In this document: piece by piece, positions 1 through 9,938 of the stretch | Layout: every line of letters begins with the position of its first letter | Numbering within the stretch: the stretch's first letter is position 1 | NCBI GenBank assembly: GCA_013265495.1 | Contig: MU057576.1 | Location: 61,988 to 81,987 of the forward strand | Origin: Vicugna vicugna | Lineage: Eukaryota | Reading direction: 5' to 3' | Length of the DNA stretch: 20,000 nt | Made by a program: the position numbers and the translations under genes | The notes under the pieces: generated by a model | Database searches by the model: none | What the model was told of the DNA's origin: nothing | The model's input: only the letters and a program-made list of their open reading frames with translations

Positions 1-367
1 CTCTGCAGAGGAAGAGGAAGATCAAATGTTGTGCCAGAAACTACCTCTGGAGGCTGTACATTCCAAGTACAGCCCTGCTGGGACCTTTAACTTTTAGACT
101 GTACAGCTGAGGTGTAAAGTTGTTTGTTGTGTGCTATGTTTGGAATAAGTTTGTCTTACTGTTTCTCTACTAAGAACTCCTTTTACGTGTGGTTTGTTAC
201 CGTAGCACTTTTTACAACAAAACTATACTTGAGCAGTTCCAAACTGTACATACAGTATGAAGCTTCTCCTGTCAACGGGTTTCTAATTTCTACGTGGAAT
301 TTCATATCTTACAGTGTCCTGTAAATAAAGATTAAATTCCACCCTTTTCTTTAAAAAAAAAAAAAAA
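1..367 (+). pseudogene. KPNA2: 3' end of a processed (retrotransposed) KPNA2 / importin alpha-1 pseudogene; continues off the left edge
   Basis: Frame-switched translation of 2-97 gives SAEEEEDQ / VVPETTSGGCTFQVQ / PAGTFNF-TAG, matching the recalled KPNA2 C-terminus ([31 protein letters not shown]). There is a 1-nt loss at ~26 and a ~5-nt loss at ~73. Stop at 95-97, 3'UTR-like sequence 98-352, AATAAA 324-329, genomic A15 tail 353-367. Confidence 0.9.
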
Positions 368-575
368 GGAATGCAAGGCTTTTGGAAACAAGTTTGAAAA
401 ATAATGAGATATGAAGGACCCAAACACCCAGTTTCCTTTCAGCTGTGGGCAAATCCAAGTCACGTAACTGGCATAGGAGAGCTCCACTGAAATGAAAACA
501 CATCATCTTCAGGGAATCTTCTGGAAATAAAAATAGGCCTTATATTCAACCCAAATTTGTTTTATGATTTGAGAG

Positions 576-1024
576 GCTATCTTCATTTGGGTCCCTCCAG
601 AAGCCAACCCTGCAGCAAGAATTCTCAAGTAAGTGGTTCATTTGGAAAGCAATCCCAGGAAACAGCAGTAGGGGAGTGTGGAAGTGAGGGGAGGAAGGAA
701 GGAAGACAATAAAAAGAACATTGTCAAGCAAGTTCCCACTATGGACCCCTAGAGCTTGATTCTGCTATGGAACCCTGAGGCCAGTGTAGAGCATGTGCCT
801 CAGAATTGCCCACCCCAGGGGTGAGGAAGCTGGGGTAGTTATATATCCAACAACTCCCATCAGCTGGTAGAAGACTGCTAAATGTAGGGGCCACTACTGG
901 TCAGCAGTTTGCACATGCGAAGTCCACAGTGGGGAATCAGATTGACCAGCATTAAGCGATAAATGTGAGGAGATATGATGGGGGTGGAGAGTGAGGGGAT
1001 GGGAAGTGTCCTGACAGCCGTGTA
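576..1024 (-). mobile_element. Ancient ERVL solo LTR, LTR16-like
   Basis: Begins tatcttcatttgggtccctccagaagccaaccctgcagcaagaattc, the reverse complement of the LTR16-type 3' end as I recall it (...gtctgcttctgggggaacccaaactaagaca). Highly diverged; right boundary approximate. Confidence 0.6.
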
Positions 1025-2968
1025 TGGGCATTGGATTTCCTTCCAATGACCAGCCATAAATGTCTCACCCAGGCTTGATACCAGTGCCTGCAGTTACTGA
1101 TGGGCTAATTTGCTTTCTGGGAGACATAAAACTTTAAAAGGGATTTGTTTCTGGTCTAAATGTGACTATGACCTACTTTCATCTCATCATCAGAGAAGCA
1201 TCCTCTGGAAATGCAACCAAGAAAGAGCAAAGGTTGAGCCCACGGATGCTGTCCAGGAGTGGAAAAGCTGCACGGAGCCAGGGATGCAGAAAGTCTCTCT
1301 CCAAAGTTAAGACACATCAGAAATCTCTCTGGGGTTGTTGCTAAAGGGATTCAAACTTCAGGGTGTCGAGGTGAACAGAGGAGTAAAAAAGGCAAAGGAG
1401 ACAAATTGCACCTTCATGACAATTTTACTGTCTTAACAGTTGCTTTACTCTCTAGAGACTCCTGCTGTTTCAGGCCCTAAACCGTCATTAAGGGAAAGCA
1501 TCATGTCTCCTAGCTCTAGTTCAGTCTAGATGATCTGAGGTCAATTTCTTCTGAACAGAAAGGGAAATAAAAACTGCTACACCCAGGGAGTAGTTGTAAC
1601 AACTGATTAAATGTAGGGAAAGCCTTTTGATCACTAAGTGTTTGCTAATAAAAGCAAGTAGTTCTCACAAGAATTTGTTCAGCTTAATTAGTGAGGCAAT
1701 TTGTTCTCCAAAGCACAATACAAATGCAATATAAATAAAAGGGATTTGACCCTGTTTTTCATTGCCAATTTCCCAAGAATGGAGAATAATAAAATCTAGG
1801 TTCCAGTGCCTCGTTTACAAAGATGAATTTACTCTCCAAAGTTATATTTTGAAAATTAAAATGTGTTCCTACCAGAGATTTCTGGTCAAGATGGTGAAGT
1901 GGTAGGACCACGAGCTCACCTTTCTTTGCTACTACAAGAAAAAACACAATTCACTGCTAGGCAACCATCAAAAAAGAAGAAAGACTGGAACCTAGCAAAG
2001 AAGATCACCTTCAACTGGAAACAAGGTTTCCACAGCAGGATGGTAAGAGGGGTGTGCTCATGATATAATTGGGTCCCATACTCCCCAGGGTGGGTGGTGC
2101 ACAAGCTGAAGATTTGTCAAGTCGCAGAGGCCCTCCCACAGGAGTGAGAGCTCTAAGCCCCATGTCAGGCTCCCCAGCCTGGGGTTCTGGCACTGGGAAG
2201 AGGAGAAGACCCCAGGACATCTGGTTTTGAAGGCCAGCAGGGCTTAACATCCAGGAACCCCACAGGACTAGGGGAGATAGAGGCTTCATTCTCTTGGGAA
2301 GAATACATAGAATCTCAAGTGCACCAGGTCCAAAAGCAGAGGCAGTGATCTCATAGGAACCTGGGCCAGGCCTGCCTGCTGGATTTGGATGGTCTCCTGG
2401 GGACGTAGGGGATGGCTGTGGTTCACTCAGGGGACATAAAAGCTGATGGCAGATATACTGGGAGTGTTCATCTACATGAACTTTCTTGGAGGCTGACATC
2501 TTGATTGGATCATTAGCACCAAGGCCTAGCCCTACCCAACAGCCTGTAGGGAAGCCTCAGACTAAACAACATACAGGGTGGGAACACAGTCCCACCCATC
2601 AGCAGATCTGCTGAGCCACAAAGGCCTCTAGACATGGCCCTACCCACCACAGGTCCAGGACCAAGCTTCACCGAGCAGTGGGCAGGCACCAGCTCCTCCC
2701 GCCAGGAAACCTGCATAAGCCTCTAGTCCAGCCTCATCCACCAGGAAGCAGATATAAAAAGTAAGAAAACAACAATCCCAAAGCCTGTGGAAGGAATGCA
2801 CAAACACAGACCAGACTCTTCATTAGGACTGACTGGACCCTGGCCCTTGGGTGACAAGAGGGGAGTGTGCTGCTGGGACGCATAGGACGTCTCCCACAGA
2901 GAACCACCTCTCCGAGGTTCAGAAACATAACTAACCTACCTAAAAATACAAATAGAAAGATAAACAAT

Positions 2969-3664
2969 ATGAAGCAGCAGAGGAATATCTCCCAGGCAAA
3001 GGCATAAGATAAAATCCCAGAAGAAGAAGTAAATGATGAGAAGATAGGCAATTTATCTGAGAAAGTGTTTAAAGTAATGATGGCAAAGATGTTCAGAGAA
3101 CTCAAGAGGAGTGTCGATGCACAGAGTGAAGTTTTTAGCCAAGAATTGGAAAATATAAAAAATACCCAAACAAAGTTGAAGAATAAAATCACTGAAATAA
3201 ATAACACACTAGAAGGAATCAAGAATAGACTAAATGAGGCAGAAGAATGAATCAGTGGGCTAGAAGACAGATTAGTGGAAATCACTACTGCAAAACAGAA
3301 AAAAGAAAAAAAAAGAATTGAGGAAAGATTAAGAGAACTCTGGAACAACATAAAGCACCCTAATATTCACATTATAGGGGTCCCAGAAAGAGAAGAGAGA
3401 AAGAAAGGACCTAAGAAAATGTTTAAGAGATAACAACTGGAAACTTCCCCAACTTGGAAAAGGAAACAGACACCCAAGTCCAGGAAGCTCAGAGAGTCCC
3501 ACACAGAATCAACCTAAAGAGGAACACACCAAGGCACACAGTAATCAAATTGACAAAAATGAAGGATAAGGAGAAAATGTTAAAAATTAGCAAGAGAAAA
3601 GCAACAAATAACATACAGGGAGCTCCCATAGGGTTATCAGCTGATTTTTCAGCAGAAACTCTAC
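2969..3664 (+). pseudogene. Decayed LINE-1 ORF1 (RNA-binding chaperone), truncated by the assembly gap
   Basis: ATG 2969 (MKQQRNISQ), stop TAA 3005, coiled-coil NKITEINNTLEGIKNRLNEAEE, stop TGA 3248, then LRELWNNIKHPNIHIIGVPE, a frameshift near 3428, NFPNLEKETDTQVQEAQRVP...TPRH and PIGLSADFSAETL. These are diagnostic ORF1p RRM/CTD motifs. Confidence 0.95.
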
Positions 3665-3919
3665 NNNNNNNNNNNNNNNNNNNNNNNNNNNNNNNNNNNN
3701 NNNNNNNNNNNNNNNNNNNNNNNNNNNNNNNNNNNNNNNNNNNNNNNNNNNNNNNNNNNNNNNNNNNNNNNNNNNNNNNNNNNNNNNNNNNNNNNNNNNN
3801 NNNNNNNNNNNNNNNNNNNNNNNNNNNNNNNNNNNNNNNNNNNNNNNNNNNNNNNNNNNNNNNNNNNNNNNNNNNNNNNNNNNNNNNNNNNNNNNNNNNN
3901 NNNNNNNNNNNNNNNNNNN
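3665..3919. other. Assembly gap (255 N)
   Basis: Run of N characters. Confidence 1.
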
Positions 3920-3925
3920 GAAGGA

Positions 3926-4013
<88 letters not shown>
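3920..4013 (+). repeat. (GAAA)n microsatellite, 22 perfect visible units
   Basis: Uninterrupted GAAA from 3924 to 4011, abutting the gap, so it may be longer. Confidence 0.98.
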
Positions 4014-4020
4014 CCTACAA

Positions 4021-4318
4021 AAGATTGCTTTGGCAGTTAGGGGTCTTTTGTGGTACCATATAAATTTTGGATTGTTTGTCCTAGATCTCTGAAAAATGCT
4101 GTGTGTAGTTTGACAGGGGTTGCACTGGATCTGTAGATTGCTTTGGGTTGTACAGCCATTTTGATAATGTTGATTCTTCCAATCCAAGAGCACAAGATAT
4201 CTTTCCATTTCATTGTATCATCATCATTTTCCTTTATCAATGTTTTACAGTTTTCAGAGTATAGGTAACCTCCTTGGTTAAGCTTATTTCTAGGTATTTT
4301 GTTCTTTTTGATGCAATG
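4021..4318 (-). mobile_element. Inverted L1 ORF2 fragment (region just C-terminal to the RT domain)
   Basis: Minus-strand translations KYLEISLTKEV, WKDILCSWIGRINIIKMAVQPKAIYR and KFIWYHKRPLTAKAI match L1 ORF2p; frameshifted. Confidence 0.93.
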
Positions 4319-4384
4319 AAAATGTTTATGCCAGTTATAAAATTCCAGTTTTTGTAGTGGAAAAAAAAAGTGAATGGCTGGCTA

Positions 4385-4555
4385 CAAATGGCAAAATAGC
4401 CTTCTTTCTTATGGGGAAGTTGTATCCCATTATGTATATATGCCACATCTTCTTTATCCATTCATCTATTGATGTGCACTTAGGATGATTTCATATCTTG
4501 GCAATTATAATGTTGCTGTTAATAGCAGGGTGTATGAATATTTTTGAATTAATTC
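4385..4555 (-). mobile_element. Inverted L1 ORF2 fragment (extreme C-terminal region)
   Basis: tgccacatcttctttatccattcatctattgatgtgcacttaggatgatttcatatcttggc is the reverse complement of the KCPS.DEWIKKMW.IY segment at the end of ORF2. Confidence 0.85.
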
Positions 4556-5499
4556 TTATTTTGTGCTTGGCTTTATTCCTTTGATAATTGTTTGGGTTTG
4601 AAAAGCTAAAGCTCTAAACATTCTTAAAGACAGTGAACATTACATATTTATAAATTTTAAAAATGTGTGCAGTATGTTGTTTATATGTGTTTACATGTGA
4701 TATGTTGTATATGTGCAGTCAAACTGTAAAAATTCTACTTAATAAAACTGAAAAATGAAAAAAAAATTTGCTCCCACTAATACCATGCCGTTTTAATGCC
4801 ATTCATTAGTTGGGGGGGATTTTAATTGAAATATAGTTAATTTGCACATTATTTGAGTTTTATAAGCTACTTACTACAGCCACAGTAGAATAGTCACCAA
4901 TAGTGCTGGTCTTTAAGTATTTTGCTGTATGGAACTATGAGTAGGTACCATCAAGATACTTTTCCTCTGCAGAAAATATTTCATTTTACCTAGGTCTTCA
5001 TCACCTGTCTGCATTTTTGATGAATGGCTTTCTCAACTAAAGCTCTCACACAGCAATTTGCAGTTCTATTTTTTCCTCCTCATTTCTGGTGATAAACAAG
5101 TGTGTCCCTATATAACTCCTTCTTGATTTCAGCTTCAGTTTAGAGGGCACAGGAATATTGTACTGGATCAGTTTCTGTGCCATTCAGATCTGCCCACATG
5201 CCTTGCTTTCTGGCCCTGGAGATAACTTGTAATTGTGGAGTCAGGTCACTGATGCTGGCTGCAAACCAGCCAGCTCCTCAGAGAGGCCAAGTGACAGAAG
5301 CTAAAGGTACAGTGGAGTTACACCCATGGGGTGGCTGACCAGTGGGAGGCAGAGTTGTGGGGGTTAGAGCTGGGAGGGGTCTCCTTTTGTCTTTTTCTCC
5401 CAGATAGGCTATTTGGAAATTCTGAAGATGTCGTATGAAATCAAGCAATTAGCCCTGCTTGTTAGACTCTGAGATCAGATGAGTAACCTTTCTTCTCTG

Positions 5500-6440
5500 T
5501 TTTTAAAATTGTGGTTAAAAATATATAACATAAAATTGATCACGTCCACTATATTTAAGTGTACAGTAGACCAGTGTTAACTATATGCACATTGTTGTGC
5601 AACAGAGCTCTAGAATTTTTTCATCTTGCAAAACTGACACCATGTACCCTTTTCTCCCTCTCCTCAGCCCCTGGCCACCTCTATTTACTTTTTCTAAGAG
5701 TGACTACTTTAGGTGCCCCATATAGGTGGCATCATGCAATATTTGTCTTTTTGTGATGTTGAACAATAATCAGTATCGAGACTGCACAGAACAAAGAGTT
5801 TTATTTTGTGTTCTTAAGCACAGCAATTTGGGAGACACAGATTTGGGTAAAACTGAGTGTTCCAAGGGAAAAAGAGTCAGGGGCTTATAAGGACAAAAGC
5901 CACAAGGTTGTTAATAGTTATCTGAAGAGGACTGTGATCAACTCCGAGGCAAGTCAGGAAATATTTGTCCTTAAGAAATCATGAGTTATTTTAGGGTAAG
6001 TGTCTGACAGGTATCTTGAGTTTCTGGCAGGTGTTCTGGGTGCCTACATTAAGAAAATAGGTGGTCAAAAGATGAGATTCCATCCAGGCTGAGATGTGCA
6101 TAAGTCACACTTCCACAGTGGTCCCCTAAGTTCATTCCAGAGAGCTCTCTTAGCAATACTGAATCAATTTTTATTTTATTTTCACAGTGGCAGGCTTATT
6201 TCACTTAGCATAATGTCCTTAAGGTTCATGCATGTTGTAACATAAGACAGGATTTCCTTCTTTTTAAGGCTGAATAATATTCCATTGCATGTATATATCA
6301 TAGTTTCTTTATTCATTCACCTGTGAATGGACTTCAGTTGCTTCCACCTCTTGAATACTGTGAATAATGTTGCAGTAAATTTGAATGTGCAAATAGCTGT
6401 TCAAGGCCCAGTTTCAGTTCTTTGGGGTATATAACCACAC
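5500..6440 (-). mobile_element. Old L1 3' end (L1MA/L1MB-type), interrupted by an LTR at 5757-6186
   Basis: ttttaaaattgtggttaaaaatatataacataaaatt...aagtgtacag...tttgtctttttgtga, resuming ggcttatttcacttagcataatgtcc...ggctgaataatattccattg: canonical reverse-strand L1 3'UTR/ORF2 end. Confidence 0.88.
5757..6186 (-). mobile_element. ERV1-type solo LTR (430 bp) nested in L1
   Basis: TG...CA termini (tgttgaac...ttttcaca); 4-bp TSD gtga/gtgg; minus-strand poly-A signal (tttatt ~5802); the host L1 resumes in register. Confidence 0.8.
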
Positions 6441-6514
6441 CTCCAAGTATTTGAGCTGCCTACTTTCCTGCCTCATTTGCCTTTTTCTCTCACTCCTGAT
6501 CCCCTGGGTTTGCC

Positions 6515-7479
6515 CAGTGATGTGCTGGTGGATGTGAAACAGCTGGCTCCCCTAGGATGGTCCCAACATAAACACTGGCTGATATTTTCATTTATAATGA
6601 AGAAGAAGAAAGTGAAATTACAAAGACATATCAATGAGACAAGTCAAGCTCTGATTTGTATCATTTGCCTATTTCTGTGGTGTAAATACTCTCACCACAG
6701 CTGTTTTCAAGCTGGTAACATAATGTTATTGGAAGTAGAGTTGGAAGGAGGTATGGAGTAACATATCATTACTGGATATTCTTCTATCAAATTTGAAACA
6801 TAGATAACCTCAAGAGCTTAGATAATAGGTAAATATAATCAAATAATCAAGAAGTAATGAGACAGGTTGGGATCTGGGACTTGGGACCCTTTGCTGCAGT
6901 GCTTTCACCTTGACTAAAGTCTCCTCTGGGCAACAGAATACAAAGAAACTACAAGGGGCTAAACATAACTGCATCCATGTGCTGTTGTGGCAAATTATTA
7001 ACAAGATACAAAAAGACCAAAAATCCAACTGCCACTTCTGAGGTGTCCAGAGCAAAAGCAGGGTACTGCACATGACCCCAGCACACAGCACCACCCATGG
7101 GGTGGGCTGACCACCTAAGCCCCCCCTCTGGCCCAACCCATGGATCTGCCCCTACCCCCACCCCATTTCAGGGAGCAGCTTGCCCCCTACCCAGGGAGCA
7201 AGCAAGGGAAACTATTACTTGTTTCCCCTCCCTCGTGCTGCAGCCTGAGTCCAAATATAGCCTTACCTGAATTTCTCACTTGGTCTCATCCACTTCTATT
7301 GATTATAGAGTCACTGAACCCTGGCTGACTAACAGGAATGTTTGGGGAATTTATTACTTGTGTTTTTCATATAATTTCTTTAATTTAAGTTATAATGATG
7401 TCAGTGTTTTACCAAAATCCCTGAAAAGTAAACAATTAACTCTTGTGAGTCAGTACAAGCCAGCTCCAGGACACCACTG
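6515..7479 (-). mobile_element. MER63-like hAT-Blackjack non-autonomous DNA transposon, interrupted by an LTR
   Basis: TIRs cagtgatgtgctgg (6515) and ccaggacaccactg (ends 7479). Internal ctgatttgtatcatttgcctatttctgtggtgtaaatactctcacca matches MER63. Flanks gtttgc-c and gtttgcac resemble an 8-bp hAT TSD. Confidence 0.85.
6858..7334 (+). mobile_element. Cetartiodactyl ERV1-type solo LTR (477 bp) nested in MER63
   Basis: tgagacagg...gactaaca termini; 4-bp TSD gtaa/ggaa; degenerate poly-A signal aaatatagcc ~7253; GC-richer than the host, which resumes after it. Confidence 0.82.
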
Positions 7480-8409
7480 GTTTGCACTCTGGAACAAAGT
7501 ACTAAGCCGTAAGCTTTCCCCTTGGGCTCTGCCTTCTAGGAAATGTAGACTATGAGAAAAATCTTCGAAACAATTGTGATGTGTTTTATTGTTTCTTATT
7601 ATTTTTACCTTTTCTTACCCGTTTATCTCCCTCATAAGAAGGAGAAGAGAGAAAGAAGGAGGGATGGAGGGAAGGATGGAGGAAGGCAGCACTCAGTAGT
7701 AGCCAAAGACCCGGAGTCCTCCTGAAATATTTTTCACAAAGCCCCTGGGACCTTTGTATCATTCCAGGGCAAAGAAAGAATAAAGGAAGAACTCCCAATA
7801 TTGATCAGGTTCAACTGCCTTCTCATCCAGCAGTACGGGGACTCAGAGCTTTGTTTACCTAGATTTAAATGTACATGCTTGTGCCTTTGTTCACAGAGCA
7901 CAGCCCCTCCAAGTCTATTGGTTTCCGTCACTCAACAACTGCATGACAAATGAAAGGACACTGTCAGAAGAGCATAAAGGGTGGATGCCAATAATACGGT
8001 TTTTATGTCCCCTCCCACGATCGAAGTGTTGACCCTAGGAATCCCCTCTCAGGCTCAAATCTTCCCCACTGGGGGTCTTGCTGACCCACTGTGACATGTA
8101 CCTCATTCGTGAACAGTGCCCAGTTCCCCATTCTTAGCCTTTTATCATAAAATATCACAAATGAGGAACAAATTCCATAATGCCCAATACTTCATAGGGA
8201 AAAATTCTGTTCTTACAAACATTCTAAGTTTCACAGGCCATATTTCCTCCATACGTAAGAAATGCAAGGAGCTAAGAGCTGCTAAATTACTGTCTAGGAG
8301 AAGTGGAAGAATCTTGACCGAGGGAAATTGCCTGTAAATCTCTGTTCCTCATTCTGAGTGATTATGTCATCCCAATCACATCTAAGCGCTTCCTTTCTAA
8401 GTCCTCCCA

Positions 8410-8600
8410 TAACATATCCTTCACCCACTTTTCTATTGGGGATAATTATCTTTTTGCTTCTGAAGAAACTAAAATATTATGAAAACTAACCTGTTTTCTA
8501 ACCCGCATGTTGCAAATGCTTTCTTAATGTGTCATTTGGCTTGCAAGTCATTCATAAACATGTATGTAGACACATCTATCGATATTTTGTGACCATTTTC
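8410..8600 (-). mobile_element. Highly decayed L1M fragment
   Basis: catatccttcacccacttttctattggg and atgttgcaaatgctttc resemble reverse-strand old L1 ORF2 3' sequence. Confidence 0.45.
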
Positions 8601-9034
8601 TTAAGGCACCACTTTTCCCCTATTATTTCCTTCAACCATGCCCCTTCCCATTCCTTAAATTTAAAATTTTAAAAATTCCCTAAATCTTGGCAATGGTTGG
8701 ATTCCTCTGTTGGCTGTCATCATTCCTCTGGCTATCTATGGACATAGCAGACTTCTGGGTAGAAGATGTTTAAATGCTGGCACCAATATGGGGTGAGTGC
8801 AGGTTCTCCTGAGAGCCCTGAAGGACAATCACCACTCGGTACTCTGATAAGGGAGGTCCAGCTCCACTTGATCTCTTCCCTCCTGCTTCATGTCTCCCCA
8901 CCAGTGGTGTATTGTGGCATCTTGCTAGTGAAACACCTGTTGTTAAGTAGTATCTTGGGTACAGTACTTGCTAGATAATGCAAGACCAGATATCCATGAG
9001 GTTGTCTTGACCAGTGGAAAAATTCACAAATCTT

Positions 9035-9470
9035 TGCGATGGTGATTTCAAAATATTTTCACAAACTCTTTGGTATGACCCTGATAAGACAGGATCTAAT
9101 TCTACTCCCCTTGAATATGGAATTGATTTAGTAACTCACTTCTAACTAATAGAATAAACAGACATTGTGGCTTCCATCTTTGTCAATCTCTTGGGTTGCT
9201 CCTTCTGGGGGAATGTAGCTGCCATGTTGTGAGGACACTCAAGCAGCCTATGGAGAGGTTCACATGGCAAGGAGCTGAATCCTCCTACCAACAGCCAGTG
9301 AGGGACTGAGGCCTCTTGCCTACAGCCATGTGAGTGAGCCATCTTGAAGGCTAATCCTCCAGCTCCAATCAAGCCTTCAGGTGACCACAACCCCTGCCAA
9401 CATCCTGACAGCAACAGCATGAGAGATTCCGAGCCAAAATCATCTAGCTAAGCTGCTTCTGAATTTCTGA
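9035..9470 (+). mobile_element. MaLR LTR, MLT1F-like, 3' truncated
   Basis: gctgccatgttgtgaggacactcaagcagcctatggagagg...agccatgtgagtgagccatcttg...ctagctaagctgcttctgaatttctga are characteristic MLT1E/F/G motifs. Confidence 0.8.
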
Positions 9471-9938
9471 ATAAGTTAAATTTGTTGATATTGTAATTAG
9501 GACTTCTGCATCTATAACCACACAGAGCGGCTGCTCCTTCCTCAAACACCCATGTAGCCCCATATGCTCTGAAGACTTCTACCCTTGTCAGTTTCCAGAA
9601 TCTCACTGCTTGGCCTGCCCACCGCTTGCTGATTACCTTCTCCCACACTTGCATTCAGGAGGGTAGACTATTGCTCACCCAGCAACTCCAGACCAGCTTC
9701 TGACTGAGCAAACCTGCAAACTTTTATACTATCCATTGGGCCAAATCACACCTTCTTCAGTGAGGTCTGAAGTCCTTCCAAGTTAATACTTTCTTGTGTA
9801 CTCTACTTCAGTCTTAAGGTACCTTATAATTTATATATGACTCTTTTATCATATATTATATATCATTATCTTATATTAAACTTCTTCTACTTAGCCTACT
9901 GTGTGGTTTATATTACCTGATTGGAACCAGACTGCTAC
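9471..9938 (+). mobile_element. ERVL LTR, MER74-like
   Basis: Ends tatattaaacttc...tactgtgtggttt...cctgattggaaccagactgctaca, the MER73/74-type 3' terminus, including an ATTAAA signal. Confidence 0.55.

Larger units (their letters stand above)
1875..4762 (+). mobile_element. L1-derived element (5'UTR + ORF1 + inverted ORF2 remnants + poly-A); probable HAL1-like non-autonomous retrotransposon
   Basis: Cetartiodactyl-type L1 5'UTR starting gagatttctggtcaagatggtg (decayed YY1 motif 1887-1896). ORF1 from 2969. AATAAA 4741-4746 followed by an A-rich tail. Candidate TSD aaaatgtgttcctacca (1858-1874) versus aaaatttgctcccacta (4763-4779), 13/17 identical. Confidence 0.65.

Noticed and set aside
2734..3351. 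205-aa hydrophobic minus-strand ORF resembling a membrane protein
   Set aside because: It is the antisense shadow of the A-rich L1 ORF1; F/L/S richness follows from T-rich codons.
3454..4208. 212-aa and 239-aa ORFs with RKERKK / FFLS repeats
   Set aside because: Artefacts of reading through the N gap and the GAAA microsatellite.
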